A DNA stretch of 64,000 nucleotides from Candidatus Omnitrophota bacterium (GTDB lineage Bacteria; Omnitrophota; Omnitrophia; Omnitrophales; Aquincolibacteriaceae). The stretch spans positions 143,674 through 207,673 of the forward strand of contig JAKLFP010000002.1 in NCBI GenBank assembly GCA_022711115.1, given 5' to 3'. The notes under the pieces are model-generated. The model did no database searches. It had not been told where the DNA came from and worked only from the letters and a program-made list of their open reading frames with translations. Shown piece after piece: positions 1-9,809 of the stretch (position 1 is the stretch's first letter; each line of letters starts with the position of its first letter). The translations under genes and the position numbers were made by a program.

Positions 1-1153
1 GCGCCCCTGCAAGAAGTCCCTTAACAACCTGTATCACTTTATGGACCTCTCGATGAGTCATTTCAAAGAAAATAGGCAAAGACAAAGTATCCGCATAATA
101 GTGCTCAGCCTCAGGACAATTGCTGCGGTAGCCTAAACGGCGATAATAAGGCTGCGTGTAAATGGGGATGTAATGGACCTGGCTACCCACTCCTAAGTTC
201 TGAAGTTTGCTCATGAACTCGGTCCGCGACAATCCTATTTGTTTAAAATCAATCCGAAGAGGATAGAGATGATAAACATTTATTCGGTCTTTCAGGTCAA
301 GAGGTGTTTGGACGCCAGAAAGTTTTTTAAATGCCTGGTCATAAAGAGCGGCAATTTCGCGGCGACGTTTCACAAAAGCGTCCAGCTTTTGCAACTGTGA
401 AATCCCAAGTGCTGCTTGAATATCCGTAAGGCGATAATTAAATCCGAGATCTGTCATGGCGTAATACCAAGGTCCCATACGCCGGGACAATGCCGGGGTT
501 CGAACCACTCCATGGCTTCGCAGCGATAAAAGCTTCTCATACAGTTTTCTTGAATTGGTGGTAATCGCGCCACCCTCGCCTGTCGTAATATGTTTGACCG
601 GATGAAAACTGAACACCGCCATATCCGAATGCGCACAGGATCCTACCTTAAACCACGAACCGTTGCTCTTATAACGCGCCCCAAGCGCATGGCAAGCGTC
701 TTCCACAACAAAGAGATCACGCTTTTGCGCTAGTTTGTGGATCGAGGGCATATCGCAAGGCAATCCTCCAAAATGAACAGGAAAAATAGCTTTTATGCGT
801 GACCGCGCGATGAGTTTCTGAAGACACAAAACAGAGATATTGGCAGTGGCATAGTCGACGTCGCAAAATACGGGTTTTGCTCCGACATACAGAGCAGCGT
901 TCGAGGTAGCTAAAAAAGAAATCGGCGTTGTGAGGACTTCATCTCCTTTTTTGAGACCAAGAGCTAAGGCCGCCAGATGTAAAGCAGCAGTTCCAGTTGA
1001 AACAGCCACCGCATATCGAGCGCCACATTGATGAGCCAACTTCGCTTCAAAACCATCGATAAGAGGCCCTTGCGTGATCTTCGGAGAGCGGAGAGCCCGG
1101 ACCACTGAATCAATATCGTCTTGATCGATCGATTGTTTACCGTAGGGTATCAT
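1..1153 (-). CDS. DegT/DnrJ/EryC1/StrS-family PLP-dependent sugar aminotransferase; the C-terminal end runs off the window edge. It is absent from the ORF track because it has no bounding stop on that side
   Basis: I translated the minus strand from the ATG at 1153 (MIPYGKQSIDQDDIDSVVRALRSPKITQGPLIDGFEAKLA...). The reading frame stays open to position 1. It carries the family PLP-lysine motif (FSFHPVKHITTGEGG) and typical DegT blocks (YYAMTDLGFNYRLTDIQAALG). The start overlaps the stop of the adjacent dehydratase. Confidence 0.85.
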   Translation of the reverse strand, partial: MIPYGKQSIDQDDIDSVVRALRSPKITQGPLIDGFEAKLAHQCGARYAVAVSTGTAALHLAALALGLKKGDEVLTTPISFLATSNAALYVGAKPVFCDVDYATANISVLCLQKLIARSRIKAIFPVHFGGLPCDMPSIHKLAQKRDLFVVEDACHALGARYKSNGSWFKVGSCAHSDMAVFSFHPVKHITTGEGGAITTNSRKLYEKLLSLRSHGVVRTPALSRRMGPWYYAMTDLGFNYRLTDIQAALGISQLQKLDAFVKRRREIAALYDQAFKKLSGVQTPLDLKDRINVYHLYPLRIDFKQIGLSRTEFMSKLQNLGVGSQVHYIPIYTQPYYRRLGYRSNCPEAEHYYADTLSLPIFFEMTHREVHKVIQVVKGLLAGA

Positions 1154-2156
1154 TGCCAGAGTATTCGCTTTTAAGCCAGGCTTGAAGTTGTTCCTTGGTC
1201 ATCCATTCCTGGTTGTTTTCACTGGAATAGCTGAAACCATCCGCGCATTTTTTTCCGTTGCCGATTCGCTGAGTGCATTTGTGCCAATTATAAATATCCG
1301 GCAAAATCTTGAAAAAAGTGCGATACTCATAGGTGTGGCGAGCATCGTCTTCACCAATCATAAATTCATGGAGTTTTTCTCCAGGACGAATCCCGATGAT
1401 TTTCTGCTTTGCCTTGGACGAAATAGCTTTGGCAATATCCACCACCTTCATCGATGGGATTTTAGGCACATAAATTTCGCCGCCCACGCAATCCTCCAAC
1501 GCAAACCAGACGAGCTCAACCGCTTGTTCCAATGTGATCATAAAGCGGGTCATCCGCTTGTCCGTGATGGGAATTTCACCGGTCTTAGCTCTTTCATTAA
1601 AAAACGGAATGACGGAACCGCGACTGCCCATGACATTCCCGTAGCGAACCACCGCAAAACGGATGTCATGCGCACCGGCATAAGCATTCCCGGCAACAAA
1701 TAATTTATCCGAGCATAGCTTGGTGGCACCGTAAAGATTAATCGGGTTACAGGCCTTGTCCGTACTGAGGGCAATGACACGCTTCACTTTTTGAGCAATG
1801 GCCGCCTCGATGACATTCATCGCGCCATGAATATTGGTCTTGATAGCTTCAAAAGGATTGTATTCGGCCGTCGGAACGATCTTGGTTGCCGCAGCGTGGA
1901 TCACATAATCCACTTCCTGAAACGCCAAATTGAGTCGTTCACGTTCACGAACGTCGCCTATGAAATAACGAAGTACTCCTTTTTTATCATGAGGAGCAAA
2001 TTCCTTCTGCATATCCCACTGCTTCATTTCATCCCGGGACAGCACGATCAGTTTTTTGGGAGAAAACTTTTCAAGCGTCATCCGGACAAATTTCTTCCCG
2101 AAAGAACCCGTTCCGCCCGTAATAAGAATTGATTTGTTATCCAATAGATTTTTCAT
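1137..2156 (-). CDS. pseB: UDP-N-acetylglucosamine 4,6-dehydratase, short soluble PseB/FlaA1/CapD-like SDR
   Basis: 339 aa. Rossmann motif ITGGTGSFGK, catalytic YGATKLCSDK (YxxxK), and the PseB-like block PITDKRMTRFMITLEQAVELV. It is immediately followed by a DegT aminotransferase, the classic dehydratase/aminotransferase pair. Confidence 0.75.
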   Translation of the reverse strand: MKNLLDNKSILITGGTGSFGKKFVRMTLEKFSPKKLIVLSRDEMKQWDMQKEFAPHDKKGVLRYFIGDVRERERLNLAFQEVDYVIHAAATKIVPTAEYNPFEAIKTNIHGAMNVIEAAIAQKVKRVIALSTDKACNPINLYGATKLCSDKLFVAGNAYAGAHDIRFAVVRYGNVMGSRGSVIPFFNERAKTGEIPITDKRMTRFMITLEQAVELVWFALEDCVGGEIYVPKIPSMKVVDIAKAISSKAKQKIIGIRPGEKLHEFMIGEDDARHTYEYRTFFKILPDIYNWHKCTQRIGNGKKCADGFSYSSENNQEWMTKEQLQAWLKSEYSGNDTLR

Positions 2157-2173
2157 AGATTTCCTCTGAAAGG

Positions 2174-2416
2174 TTATCCATCAATATCCTTATGAACCCA
2201 ATGCCTTGCTTTGTTATAGGCTTTCCCGACTTTATCTTCAAGCTCAGGCGATAAAACACGCAAAAGCTCTTTGCCCATGATCCGATATTGTTTCCCGACT
2301 TTGGCCGCGCGGATCAATCCCTTTTTGATCATGCGCGTCATGGTGCTGGAACTGATTTTGAGTAATTTCTGGGATTCTTTTGGGGTATAAACTGCATTCT
2401 CTTCAATCGCTGGCAT
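2174..2416 (-). CDS. Small HTH_17 / excisionase-family DNA-binding protein
   Basis: 80 aa. The core LLKISSSTMTRMIKKGLIRAAKVGKQYRIMGKELL matches the Xis/MerR-like HTH_17 signature (...G.I.A.KVG.QYRI). ATG verified at 2416. Confidence 0.6.
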   Translation of the reverse strand: MPAIEENAVYTPKESQKLLKISSSTMTRMIKKGLIRAAKVGKQYRIMGKELLRVLSPELEDKVGKAYNKARHWVHKDIDG

Positions 2417-2540
2417 AGCATCTCCTCATCAAGTGAACTTATAAAGAAGTATAGCTATCAATTCATATTATGTCAATAGATGTCATTGATAGTCATTGGA
2501 CGCCAAAAACCACTGACAATATTGCTCTAACCTATTGAAT
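2417..2540. promoter_or_regulatory. AT-rich intergenic region with imperfect palindromic/direct repeats (tgtcaatagatgtcattgatagtcattgg). Candidate promoter/operator upstream of the HTH gene
   Basis: Repeated gtcattg units and a tcaatag...tcattga near-palindrome sit directly 5' of the minus-strand HTH gene. Confidence 0.25.
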
Positions 2541-4903
2541 TACAATGGGTTAAATCTTAAAGACAAAACATACCGTCCTGCCCTTGAAATCCAAATCCCC
2601 TGAAAAAGCCCATGGGCATAGAGGATGGATTGTTTTTGTCCGTTGAGCGTTGCATGCCAACCCGGATATAAGGTATTTGAGATGACAAAAAATCCCGGAC
2701 GATCCGTTTCGATTTCCCATTGCTGCCGAGAAGTCTCATTGATCGTGCGGTGAAACGTGGCACGCGCGTCGGTGTTATCCGGAGAAGAGAAATTTTTTAT
2801 TTTTTGCAACTCGGATTCTTCAAAAAGAACGGCTCGCCGCGGGTCAAATCCGGAAGCCATGAATTGATTCTTGAGCTCCTCCCATCCCTTGACGATTTGA
2901 CATTGCGTCACAAAGAAAGCACGGGCATGATCTCCCTGATTTCGATAAAGGTAATAAGCCTTTGCAGGGTCGGAGAACTCAAGAGAAAGGTCGGGATGAT
3001 GGAAAGGCTGTGTGGATACCACAAATGCGACATCCAGGAAATTCAAAAGATTCAGATGATTCAGAACAAACTGCGGCGAAGGATTAACGATGAAATTGGA
3101 ATCGTTGACATTACCAAGTTGGCCGATGGTTTCATAATACCTCGAAAAAACAAACGGCGAATAAGCCCCGATTTCTTCAATGCCATACAGCATATTGGCA
3201 TTCGGCGTCAGAGGCAGTAACTCTCCGGTCTGGCGAAACCCATAAATCCTGCCCGGGGTTTGCTCTAATGCTTTGGCCAATTTCTCAGCAAATACGGCCT
3301 TGGATTTTAAATGCTCATAGCTATCAAAATCGGTTTTGATATCAAAAAAAGAAAACGCATAGAGATCCAGAAAGAGAAATACGAAGCCAGCAACTAGCCA
3401 ATACTGAATTCGTATCTTAAGACGCCGCAAACCCAATGTAAAAAGAACCCCGATCCCTAGAATGAAATAACTCCATAAGCTCCATGAATTTTTAAAAGAA
3501 AAAACGGGATAAAGGGTACGCAAATAGCCCTGCATCTTTTCTTGATACATCAACAAACTATGCGGATGGCCTGGCTTTTGGAAAAGAAAATGACGAATGA
3601 ACCAATCCCCTGCTTGCTGCATCAGGGCGGGATATTGTTGAACAACACAAAGTACCAACGCAACAAGCAGACAGAAACCGACGATCAGCATAAAAAAAGC
3701 CTTGGAAACTTTTGTTCGGAGCATTTGTGAATCTTGATCATCGCTTGAAAGCCAGGCTTTTTGAAAACCGATCCCGGATAGCATCGAAAGCGAGAAACAA
3801 ACAAAAATTAAAAATTTGGCGGGTGTCCGAAATGAATAAAAATGCGTCAACTTGATCAAACCGATATAAAGCGGACTCCATTGTCCCAATGCCAAAAGAA
3901 GTGTTAAAACCGCAATACAAACCCATAGTCGGAAAAGCTTTTGTTCATCTTTGGTTTTCGATGAAAAAAAAGCAAAGAAAATCAAAAAGAGCGAGAAAAT
4001 CCCCATATAAAAGCTGTTGCCGCGAAAAAGAATTTGAGTCAACGGAAAGATCAGGGTTGCCAAAGCCCCCGGAAACAAGGAGCCCACATAGGCATAACCT
4101 TCAACCGCCAGAGCACGATTGGATCTCATCGCCAAATCAAAGGTTAAAAGAAGTTGCGGCAAGGAAATAAGTACGGCTATGCCCAGAGTGCAAAAAATGC
4201 CTCCGACTCCAATGATTGTCTTGCGTATGCCTTGAACCTCATCATCAGGAAATAAAAAAAGGCGCAGGAATCCATAAAGCACAAAAACAAATAATGCCAA
4301 AATCGCGATCTGAAGATAACCCGCCAAAAGGACCAAGGAACCTAAAAAGCCAAGGGCCACAACATACAAGAACTTGCGCGTTTTGTAGAAACGTTCAAAA
4401 ATAAAAAGCAGCCAAGGAAACCACGTCAGCGCTTTTAACGAAGTCACATTGTAGTAAGCACCGCCATAAGAGGTCCCGAATACGTAAATAAAGGCAACCA
4501 TAAAAGCCGCGAGGGGAATCAATTTCATCTGCCTCGCGTAGGCATAAGTCCCCCACCCCACAAGCAGATAATGGACAGCATGCATATACGTATAAGCCCA
4601 CTGAATCGGAAGGAGTCCGTAGAGAAGCAAATTCGGGAGGTAAAAAATACCGATCTGACCCTCCGCCGCAATCGGGAATCCGCATTGAATCAACGGTGTC
4701 CAAAACGGCAGAACGCCCCGGTGCAGGGATTGCCATAAAAGATCGGCCCAGGGATAATGCTGTTCCAGATGATCCGCGATCAAAGCGCCGGATCTCGCTA
4801 GAAAAAGTTCGGGATAAAAGATGACGAGAGAAACCAGAACGGCAAAAAAAGCGAGTTTATCTTGAAAACTTTCATCATCGAAACGTTGCTGGGTTAGCGC
4901 CAT
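2540..4903 (-). CDS. Polytopic membrane protein, YfhO-like / putative GT-C-fold glycosyltransferase
   Basis: 787 aa. More than 12 hydrophobic helices fill the N-terminal two thirds, followed by a soluble C-terminal domain. The architecture resembles YfhO-type polyprenyl-P-sugar-dependent transferases. Its stop and the upstream gene's start share a TGATG overlap at 4903. Confidence 0.45.
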   Translation of the reverse strand: MALTQQRFDDESFQDKLAFFAVLVSLVIFYPELFLARSGALIADHLEQHYPWADLLWQSLHRGVLPFWTPLIQCGFPIAAEGQIGIFYLPNLLLYGLLPIQWAYTYMHAVHYLLVGWGTYAYARQMKLIPLAAFMVAFIYVFGTSYGGAYYNVTSLKALTWFPWLLFIFERFYKTRKFLYVVALGFLGSLVLLAGYLQIAILALFVFVLYGFLRLFLFPDDEVQGIRKTIIGVGGIFCTLGIAVLISLPQLLLTFDLAMRSNRALAVEGYAYVGSLFPGALATLIFPLTQILFRGNSFYMGIFSLFLIFFAFFSSKTKDEQKLFRLWVCIAVLTLLLALGQWSPLYIGLIKLTHFYSFRTPAKFLIFVCFSLSMLSGIGFQKAWLSSDDQDSQMLRTKVSKAFFMLIVGFCLLVALVLCVVQQYPALMQQAGDWFIRHFLFQKPGHPHSLLMYQEKMQGYLRTLYPVFSFKNSWSLWSYFILGIGVLFTLGLRRLKIRIQYWLVAGFVFLFLDLYAFSFFDIKTDFDSYEHLKSKAVFAEKLAKALEQTPGRIYGFRQTGELLPLTPNANMLYGIEEIGAYSPFVFSRYYETIGQLGNVNDSNFIVNPSPQFVLNHLNLLNFLDVAFVVSTQPFHHPDLSLEFSDPAKAYYLYRNQGDHARAFFVTQCQIVKGWEELKNQFMASGFDPRRAVLFEESELQKIKNFSSPDNTDARATFHRTINETSRQQWEIETDRPGFFVISNTLYPGWHATLNGQKQSILYAHGLFQGIWISRAGRYVLSLRFNPL

Positions 4904-6672
4904 CAGGCAAAACTCTTTTCAATTTTTTCTAAAACAGCATGATTCTTTTTCAAATCATAAGTGCCCCGATAGTAACTCCGATCCGGGTACGCGGCAAAAA
5001 GCTCTTTATTGCGTTCGCCAAGGTCATGGGCATATAGAATACGCCCATCGAGGAACGGGCTGTTCCGGACAGAATCTTCTTCTGCAATGATAAGACGATT
5101 GCCCAGATGTCCATGGATGAAAACAATGGTAGGCTCGTGGATGGTTTGTTCCACAAGATCAAAGAGCGCCCGCCTCTGGCGGCTTGCCTCTTCAGTAAAG
5201 GCCGCATGTTTTGCAAAAAGGACGCCCGAGGTAGCCAATGAGGCCATGACAAAAACAAGAAGAAATTTCCGGATCCGTAAACCGCCATCACGCCATCGGA
5301 TTACAATCCAATCCGCTACCGCAATACAAAGAAAGGGCATGCCTTCCCACCAATAGCGCGGTCCCCACTGGTTTCCGCCCCAGGAATAATAGAGGAAATA
5401 CGCAAAAGCAAGAAAGACCATGCTAAGTCGAAAAAGATTTTTCAAAACATCCTCTCGAATTCGCTTCATCCATCCAGGCATCAAAAACAAATAACATCCC
5501 ACAAAGGCCGGCGCAAACCAGTCCATAAGATAAAAAATGCGTCCTAACAGAAAAACAAGCGCATCGATGGGCGTGTAGTGACCTTTTTTAAATCCAAGCC
5601 GCTCCCAAGACTGATGATACTTTGTAGGAGGCTTCAGCATTTTTCCGGTCACGAGATAGTTTTGAGCAAGGATTAAAATCATAAACATGCCTATGCTCCC
5701 GATGACGATCCAGTCGCCTTTCCGAAGCTGAGGACGTTTCAATGAAAAAGGCATCCATCCGAAGCGACCATGACTTGGAAATTGTTTTTTAAAGCCTTTC
5801 CATTCAAAAAAGATAGGTAAAAAATGATACAGGAGAAATGGCCCGGCGATCGCGGCCATAGTCAGGTATCGGGTCATCAGACCATAACCAACCGCAATCC
5901 CGCAAACAATTGCCCACCCCACGGGATCTTTTCCTTCCGCATAGGCCTCCCGCCATCTCAAGAACGAATAAAGAAAGATCGCGATCATCAGAAGACAAGT
6001 TCCATGAGAAAAATAGGATGCCGCCGTAAACATAAAAAAAGGACTCAAACCCATGATCGTCAGTCCGAGAATCGCGGAGGACCGACCAAAAAGTTTTTTG
6101 CCTGAAAGATATAAAAAGAAAACAGCCACAGAAGACATAACGGGATTGAGCCAGTCCACGATATTAAACTGTAGCCCCAAAATCCATATCAAGGGCCAAC
6201 CCGGAGGATAAACACTGAACCATTTCCCGTCGCGCATCCCGACATTTACCACTTTGAAAAAATCGGCAAGCGGGGGTTTCTCGACATACAATTTTCCTTT
6301 TCGAAGACACTCCGCCAAGAAATAACAGGAATGTTCATCCGCCGAACTGAGAAAGGAATGGAGAATGTGCCGGTTCACCCAAAGCAGGATAAAAACCAAT
6401 CCGGCAAGAGCCAGAATACCGATAGGGATGCTAAGATTTTTTGTATGACTTCGGCTGAAGTCCAATATCCCCTTCCGCACTAAAAAATCAGGCAGAAGAT
6501 AAGAAGCAAGAAGCGATATCAGAAGCGTCACGCCTAAAAGTGAAACCGCCTCAGGGGTTAAAAATATTCCATGCCCGGCAATGGTCGGCACGCGAGATGC
6601 CCATAGGGACGCCAAAGAAAAAAATGCACCCCAAGAAAAAATCACTGCCACTTTAAAATATTTTTTGTCCAT
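4903..6672 (-). CDS. ArnT/PMT-family (GT39/GT83-like) GT-C membrane glycosyltransferase
   Basis: 589 aa polytopic membrane protein. The loop motif SADEHSCYFLAECLRKGKLYVEKPPL matches the ArnT/PMT DE..Y...A.EML...YFEKPPL signature. Confidence 0.6.
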   Translation of the reverse strand: MDKKYFKVAVIFSWGAFFSLASLWASRVPTIAGHGIFLTPEAVSLLGVTLLISLLASYLLPDFLVRKGILDFSRSHTKNLSIPIGILALAGLVFILLWVNRHILHSFLSSADEHSCYFLAECLRKGKLYVEKPPLADFFKVVNVGMRDGKWFSVYPPGWPLIWILGLQFNIVDWLNPVMSSVAVFFLYLSGKKLFGRSSAILGLTIMGLSPFFMFTAASYFSHGTCLLMIAIFLYSFLRWREAYAEGKDPVGWAIVCGIAVGYGLMTRYLTMAAIAGPFLLYHFLPIFFEWKGFKKQFPSHGRFGWMPFSLKRPQLRKGDWIVIGSIGMFMILILAQNYLVTGKMLKPPTKYHQSWERLGFKKGHYTPIDALVFLLGRIFYLMDWFAPAFVGCYLFLMPGWMKRIREDVLKNLFRLSMVFLAFAYFLYYSWGGNQWGPRYWWEGMPFLCIAVADWIVIRWRDGGLRIRKFLLVFVMASLATSGVLFAKHAAFTEEASRQRRALFDLVEQTIHEPTIVFIHGHLGNRLIIAEEDSVRNSPFLDGRILYAHDLGERNKELFAAYPDRSYYRGTYDLKKNHAVLEKIEKSFA

Positions 6673-6687
6673 CGACGCGTCACACCT

Positions 6688-7761
6688 CTAGAAAGACTTT
6701 TGAATGACTTCCGCTGCCAACTGATGCCCCTTGGCGGTCCAATGCCAATCCCCTTTGATGTAGTATGCCTCAAGGCCGTCTTTGGCAACCGCTTCATTGA
6801 ACGCGGGCTTCAAATTGATCAGTTTCACTTTTTCCCTTTCCGCGAATCGAAGAAGCGAACGTTCCAGGGAAGTTTTTCGAGTGCTTTCCGCCCAATCTTG
6901 CGGCGGCATCAACACCAGCACTGGAACAGCTCCGTCTTTTCGAACCTCAACGATCAATTCATGCAAAACAACTCGGCCGATGATCCATTCCTCGCTAGAA
7001 TCGGGATCGATCAAACGTATATTTTTTGCAAGTTTTATGAGCGGCTTTCTCGCCAAACGGTATAACACGCTTTGATCCAGTAATTTTTGTACCATGTTCT
7101 GCTCAAGAAGCGGTGGAAATTGATTCGAATTTAACGAAAATGGCGGCGGCACAGGCACATTATGGAGCTTCAGCTTGCCATTTTCCGTGAGCGTGAAATA
7201 GGGCTTCACATGTCCTGAATCCGTGAAGGAACGCGTGCATCGCCAAAAATCTTCCGGGAAAATACCGATCATGACAATATCGGGATGATAAGGCCGGGCG
7301 ATCTCCTTATAGCTTAAATAGATCTGATCCACACCATATCCCGGAATACCCAAATTCAAGACTTCCCGGTTCTTGTCCGCAGCTTCAAGCAGAGCCGGAA
7401 ATGTCGCGTCATCCGGTACGCCAAACCCAAATACGAAACTATCTCCGAGCACAACCGATCGGATGACACCACTTGGTTTTTCCCGAGCATATTCGCGAAG
7501 CCCGCGAAACCCTGCGGCATTGGTGTGAATGCTCACTTCCGGGAAGTTCGGGTTTGTAAGAACCGCCGTCTTATTTTTCTGAGAGTACCAACCAAGCACC
7601 GAATGATGTTCAATCCAGATATTTTCAGGGACCGAAACCCAACTCATCCGCGTTTTTTCTTGGAACTTTATTCGATCGAGGCCCACGAAACGCAAGACGA
7701 TTTCCGCTATGGACAACGCCAATAACAATGAAAGGATTGCTAAAATTACGTTCTTTTTCAT
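6688..7761 (-). CDS. SGNH/GDSL-family hydrolase (AlgX/AlgJ-like glycan O-acyl transferase or esterase), secreted. The start was moved to the ATG at 7761 (MKKNVILAIL...)
   Basis: Signal/anchor helix. GDS block LGDSFVFGFGV and C-terminal DWHWTAKGH (D-x-x-H of the SGNH triad). Paralog of 8580-9719. Confidence 0.55.
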   Translation of the reverse strand: MKKNVILAILSLLLALSIAEIVLRFVGLDRIKFQEKTRMSWVSVPENIWIEHHSVLGWYSQKNKTAVLTNPNFPEVSIHTNAAGFRGLREYAREKPSGVIRSVVLGDSFVFGFGVPDDATFPALLEAADKNREVLNLGIPGYGVDQIYLSYKEIARPYHPDIVMIGIFPEDFWRCTRSFTDSGHVKPYFTLTENGKLKLHNVPVPPPFSLNSNQFPPLLEQNMVQKLLDQSVLYRLARKPLIKLAKNIRLIDPDSSEEWIIGRVVLHELIVEVRKDGAVPVLVLMPPQDWAESTRKTSLERSLLRFAEREKVKLINLKPAFNEAVAKDGLEAYYIKGDWHWTAKGHQLAAEVIQKSF

Positions 7762-7824
7762 AGCCTTATAGATCACTTTTGGGAGTTGATAGCTCAAATT
7801 GAAACATAGGGTAACAGAAATCCC

Positions 7825-8622
7825 ATGACTCGGCAATTGACAATGCTCATGAAAAACATTAATCTTTGCCCTATGAATCCAACGCCTTTTATCACTTTTA
7901 TCACGCCGGTTTACAATGAAGAGCTGAACATCGCAAGAATGCTTAAAAATCTCTTTGCGGTGCTGAATGCCCATACGGAATGGAACTGGGAAGTCATTCT
8001 GATTGAAGACGGCAGCAAAGATAACACGCGCGCGGTACTTCAGGCCGAAGTCCTGAAGTACCCCAACACGAAATTACTCATCCACGAGGTCAATCGAGGA
8101 TACACCCAATCGCTGAAAGACGGCCTTCAGGCCGCACGAGGTCAATATTTGATGTATGTCGGCGCGGACGAAGAATTTGATTCTTCCGAAATCCCGAATT
8201 TCGTGGAGATCCTGCGCAAGGGTGAGACCGACATCCTTTTAGGCGTCCGGTGGCAGAGAAACGCCTATCAGCTTTTCCGCTTTTTTCTTTCCGTGATCTA
8301 TATCTTTTTCCTGAACTGGATGTACAAGATCCGTATCAATGATTACAACTGGTCGCAGGCCTGGAACCGGAAGGTCTTTCAAAAGATTGAACTCAACTCG
8401 AAATCCCTTTTCATCCTCCCCGAGATCATCGTCAAGGCTCATGACTTGGGATTCCGCATCAAGGAAATCCCCTCCAACCACCGCGGCCGTCAGGCAGGAA
8501 AATCTTCGGTAAATCTTAAGATCATGGGAACGGCCTTGTGCGATGCCATCCAATTCGGTATTTTCCGTCGATCACGCCGCTACGTCCCCGCTTCCGATAA
8601 ACCGTTTCTCGCCAGCCTCTGA
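7825..8622 (+). CDS. GT2 polyprenyl-phosphate glycosyltransferase (Dpm1/ArnC/GtrB-like). The start is uncertain (ATG at 7825, 7843, 7849 or 7873)
   Basis: ITPVYNEELNI...EVILIEDGSKDNT...VGADEEFD are the GT2 DxD/Dpm1-type motifs. About 250 aa with a C-terminal amphipathic tail. Confidence 0.7.
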   Translation: MTRQLTMLMKNINLCPMNPTPFITFITPVYNEELNIARMLKNLFAVLNAHTEWNWEVILIEDGSKDNTRAVLQAEVLKYPNTKLLIHEVNRGYTQSLKDGLQAARGQYLMYVGADEEFDSSEIPNFVEILRKGETDILLGVRWQRNAYQLFRFFLSVIYIFFLNWMYKIRINDYNWSQAWNRKVFQKIELNSKSLFILPEIIVKAHDLGFRIKEIPSNHRGRQAGKSSVNLKIMGTALCDAIQFGIFRRSRRYVPASDKPFLASL

Positions 8623-9719
8623 GTCTGATCCAACTCCGTTTCCCTATTGTGTCCCGCCAGATACTGCTGGATCATATCCGCTGCTAAAACATGCCCTTTC
8701 GGGTTCCAGTGCCAATCGAATTTGATAAAATTATCCAATGCTCCCTGTTTCGGATTGGGTAACTTAAATACCGGCATCAGATTGATGACATCCACTCCTT
8801 CACGTTCCGCAAAACGCAGGTAGGCATTGGTTATCGGTTCGCGACGATTCAGAAGCGTTTCATCCGCAGACGGTAAAATCAAAAAAACAGGCCGTGCCCC
8901 ATCTCTTCGAATGGCCTCAACAAGTTGAAGAAGAATCGCTTTTCCGATCCGCCACTCATCTGAGTTTTCCGGATCACCCCAGCCAAAATTTCCCGCAAAG
9001 TTCAAAATAAGCCTTCGAAGCTTTCGGTACAACATGCTTCTGTTGAGTATTTTTTCAAAGATATTTTCCTCAAAGAGTGCCGGGAATTGGCCTTTTTGCA
9101 TGGAAAAAGGCGGCGGGACAGGCACATTATGAAGTGCCAATTTCCCTTGTTTATTAAGTGAAAAATAGGGTTTTGCATGCCCCGAATCGGCAAAGGCACG
9201 CGTCGAACGCCAAAAATCCATAATAAAAATGCCAATCAGAACAATATCCGGTTTATAGTGATACGCGATCGTCTGATAGCAGAGACTGATTTGGTCATAG
9301 CCATACCCGGGCACACCAAAATTCATCACCTCAAGACTGTTGTCTCTAGCTTCCAGAACGGCAGCAAAAGTCTCGTGATCCTGGACGCCAAACCCGAATA
9401 CTAAACTGTCTCCAAGCGCAGCAATGCGAGTGATTCCTTTTGGTTTTTCAAGTAAATATTCTCGCATCCCGCGCGCACCTGCAGAGTTTGTGTGGACATA
9501 AACCGTTGGAAAGCTAGAGTCTTCCAAAACTGCCGTCTTGTTTTTTTGAGGATACCAACCGAGAATCGGATGATATTCGACCCAAATATGCTCGGGAACT
9601 TGGATCCAATTTTTCTTGGCCTGGTGAGTCGGCTCCGGATAAGCGACACGCAATCCCAGTTCCGCAACGGCAAAGGCAATCAAAGTTGACAGAATTGCTA
9701 AAAGAATGTTTTTTCGCAT
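8580..9719 (-). CDS. SGNH/GDSL-family hydrolase, paralog of 6688-7761
   Basis: N-terminal anchor MRKNILLAILSTLIAFAV, then LGDSLVFGFGV and DWHWNPKGH. Colinear similarity to the other SGNH gene runs the full length. Its 3' end overlaps the convergent GT2 gene by about 43 bp. Confidence 0.55.
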   Translation of the reverse strand: MRKNILLAILSTLIAFAVAELGLRVAYPEPTHQAKKNWIQVPEHIWVEYHPILGWYPQKNKTAVLEDSSFPTVYVHTNSAGARGMREYLLEKPKGITRIAALGDSLVFGFGVQDHETFAAVLEARDNSLEVMNFGVPGYGYDQISLCYQTIAYHYKPDIVLIGIFIMDFWRSTRAFADSGHAKPYFSLNKQGKLALHNVPVPPPFSMQKGQFPALFEENIFEKILNRSMLYRKLRRLILNFAGNFGWGDPENSDEWRIGKAILLQLVEAIRRDGARPVFLILPSADETLLNRREPITNAYLRFAEREGVDVINLMPVFKLPNPKQGALDNFIKFDWHWNPKGHVLAADMIQQYLAGHNRETELDQTQRLARNGLSEAGT

Positions 9720-9809
9720 AAAACCTCAAAAGGATTCGCAATCATCTGAACTGCCCTAAGCTCCTTTTCCTGCGCCGCATCACAACGAAACAGACAAAAT
9801 CAATTTGAT

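Noticed and set aside
454-636. The 60-aa minus-strand ORF, and the plus-strand ORFs 1182-1703 and 1791-2132
   Set aside because: They are embedded in the DegT aminotransferase frame (1-1153) or antisense to the PseB-like gene. They have no start context or motifs. They are shadow ORFs.
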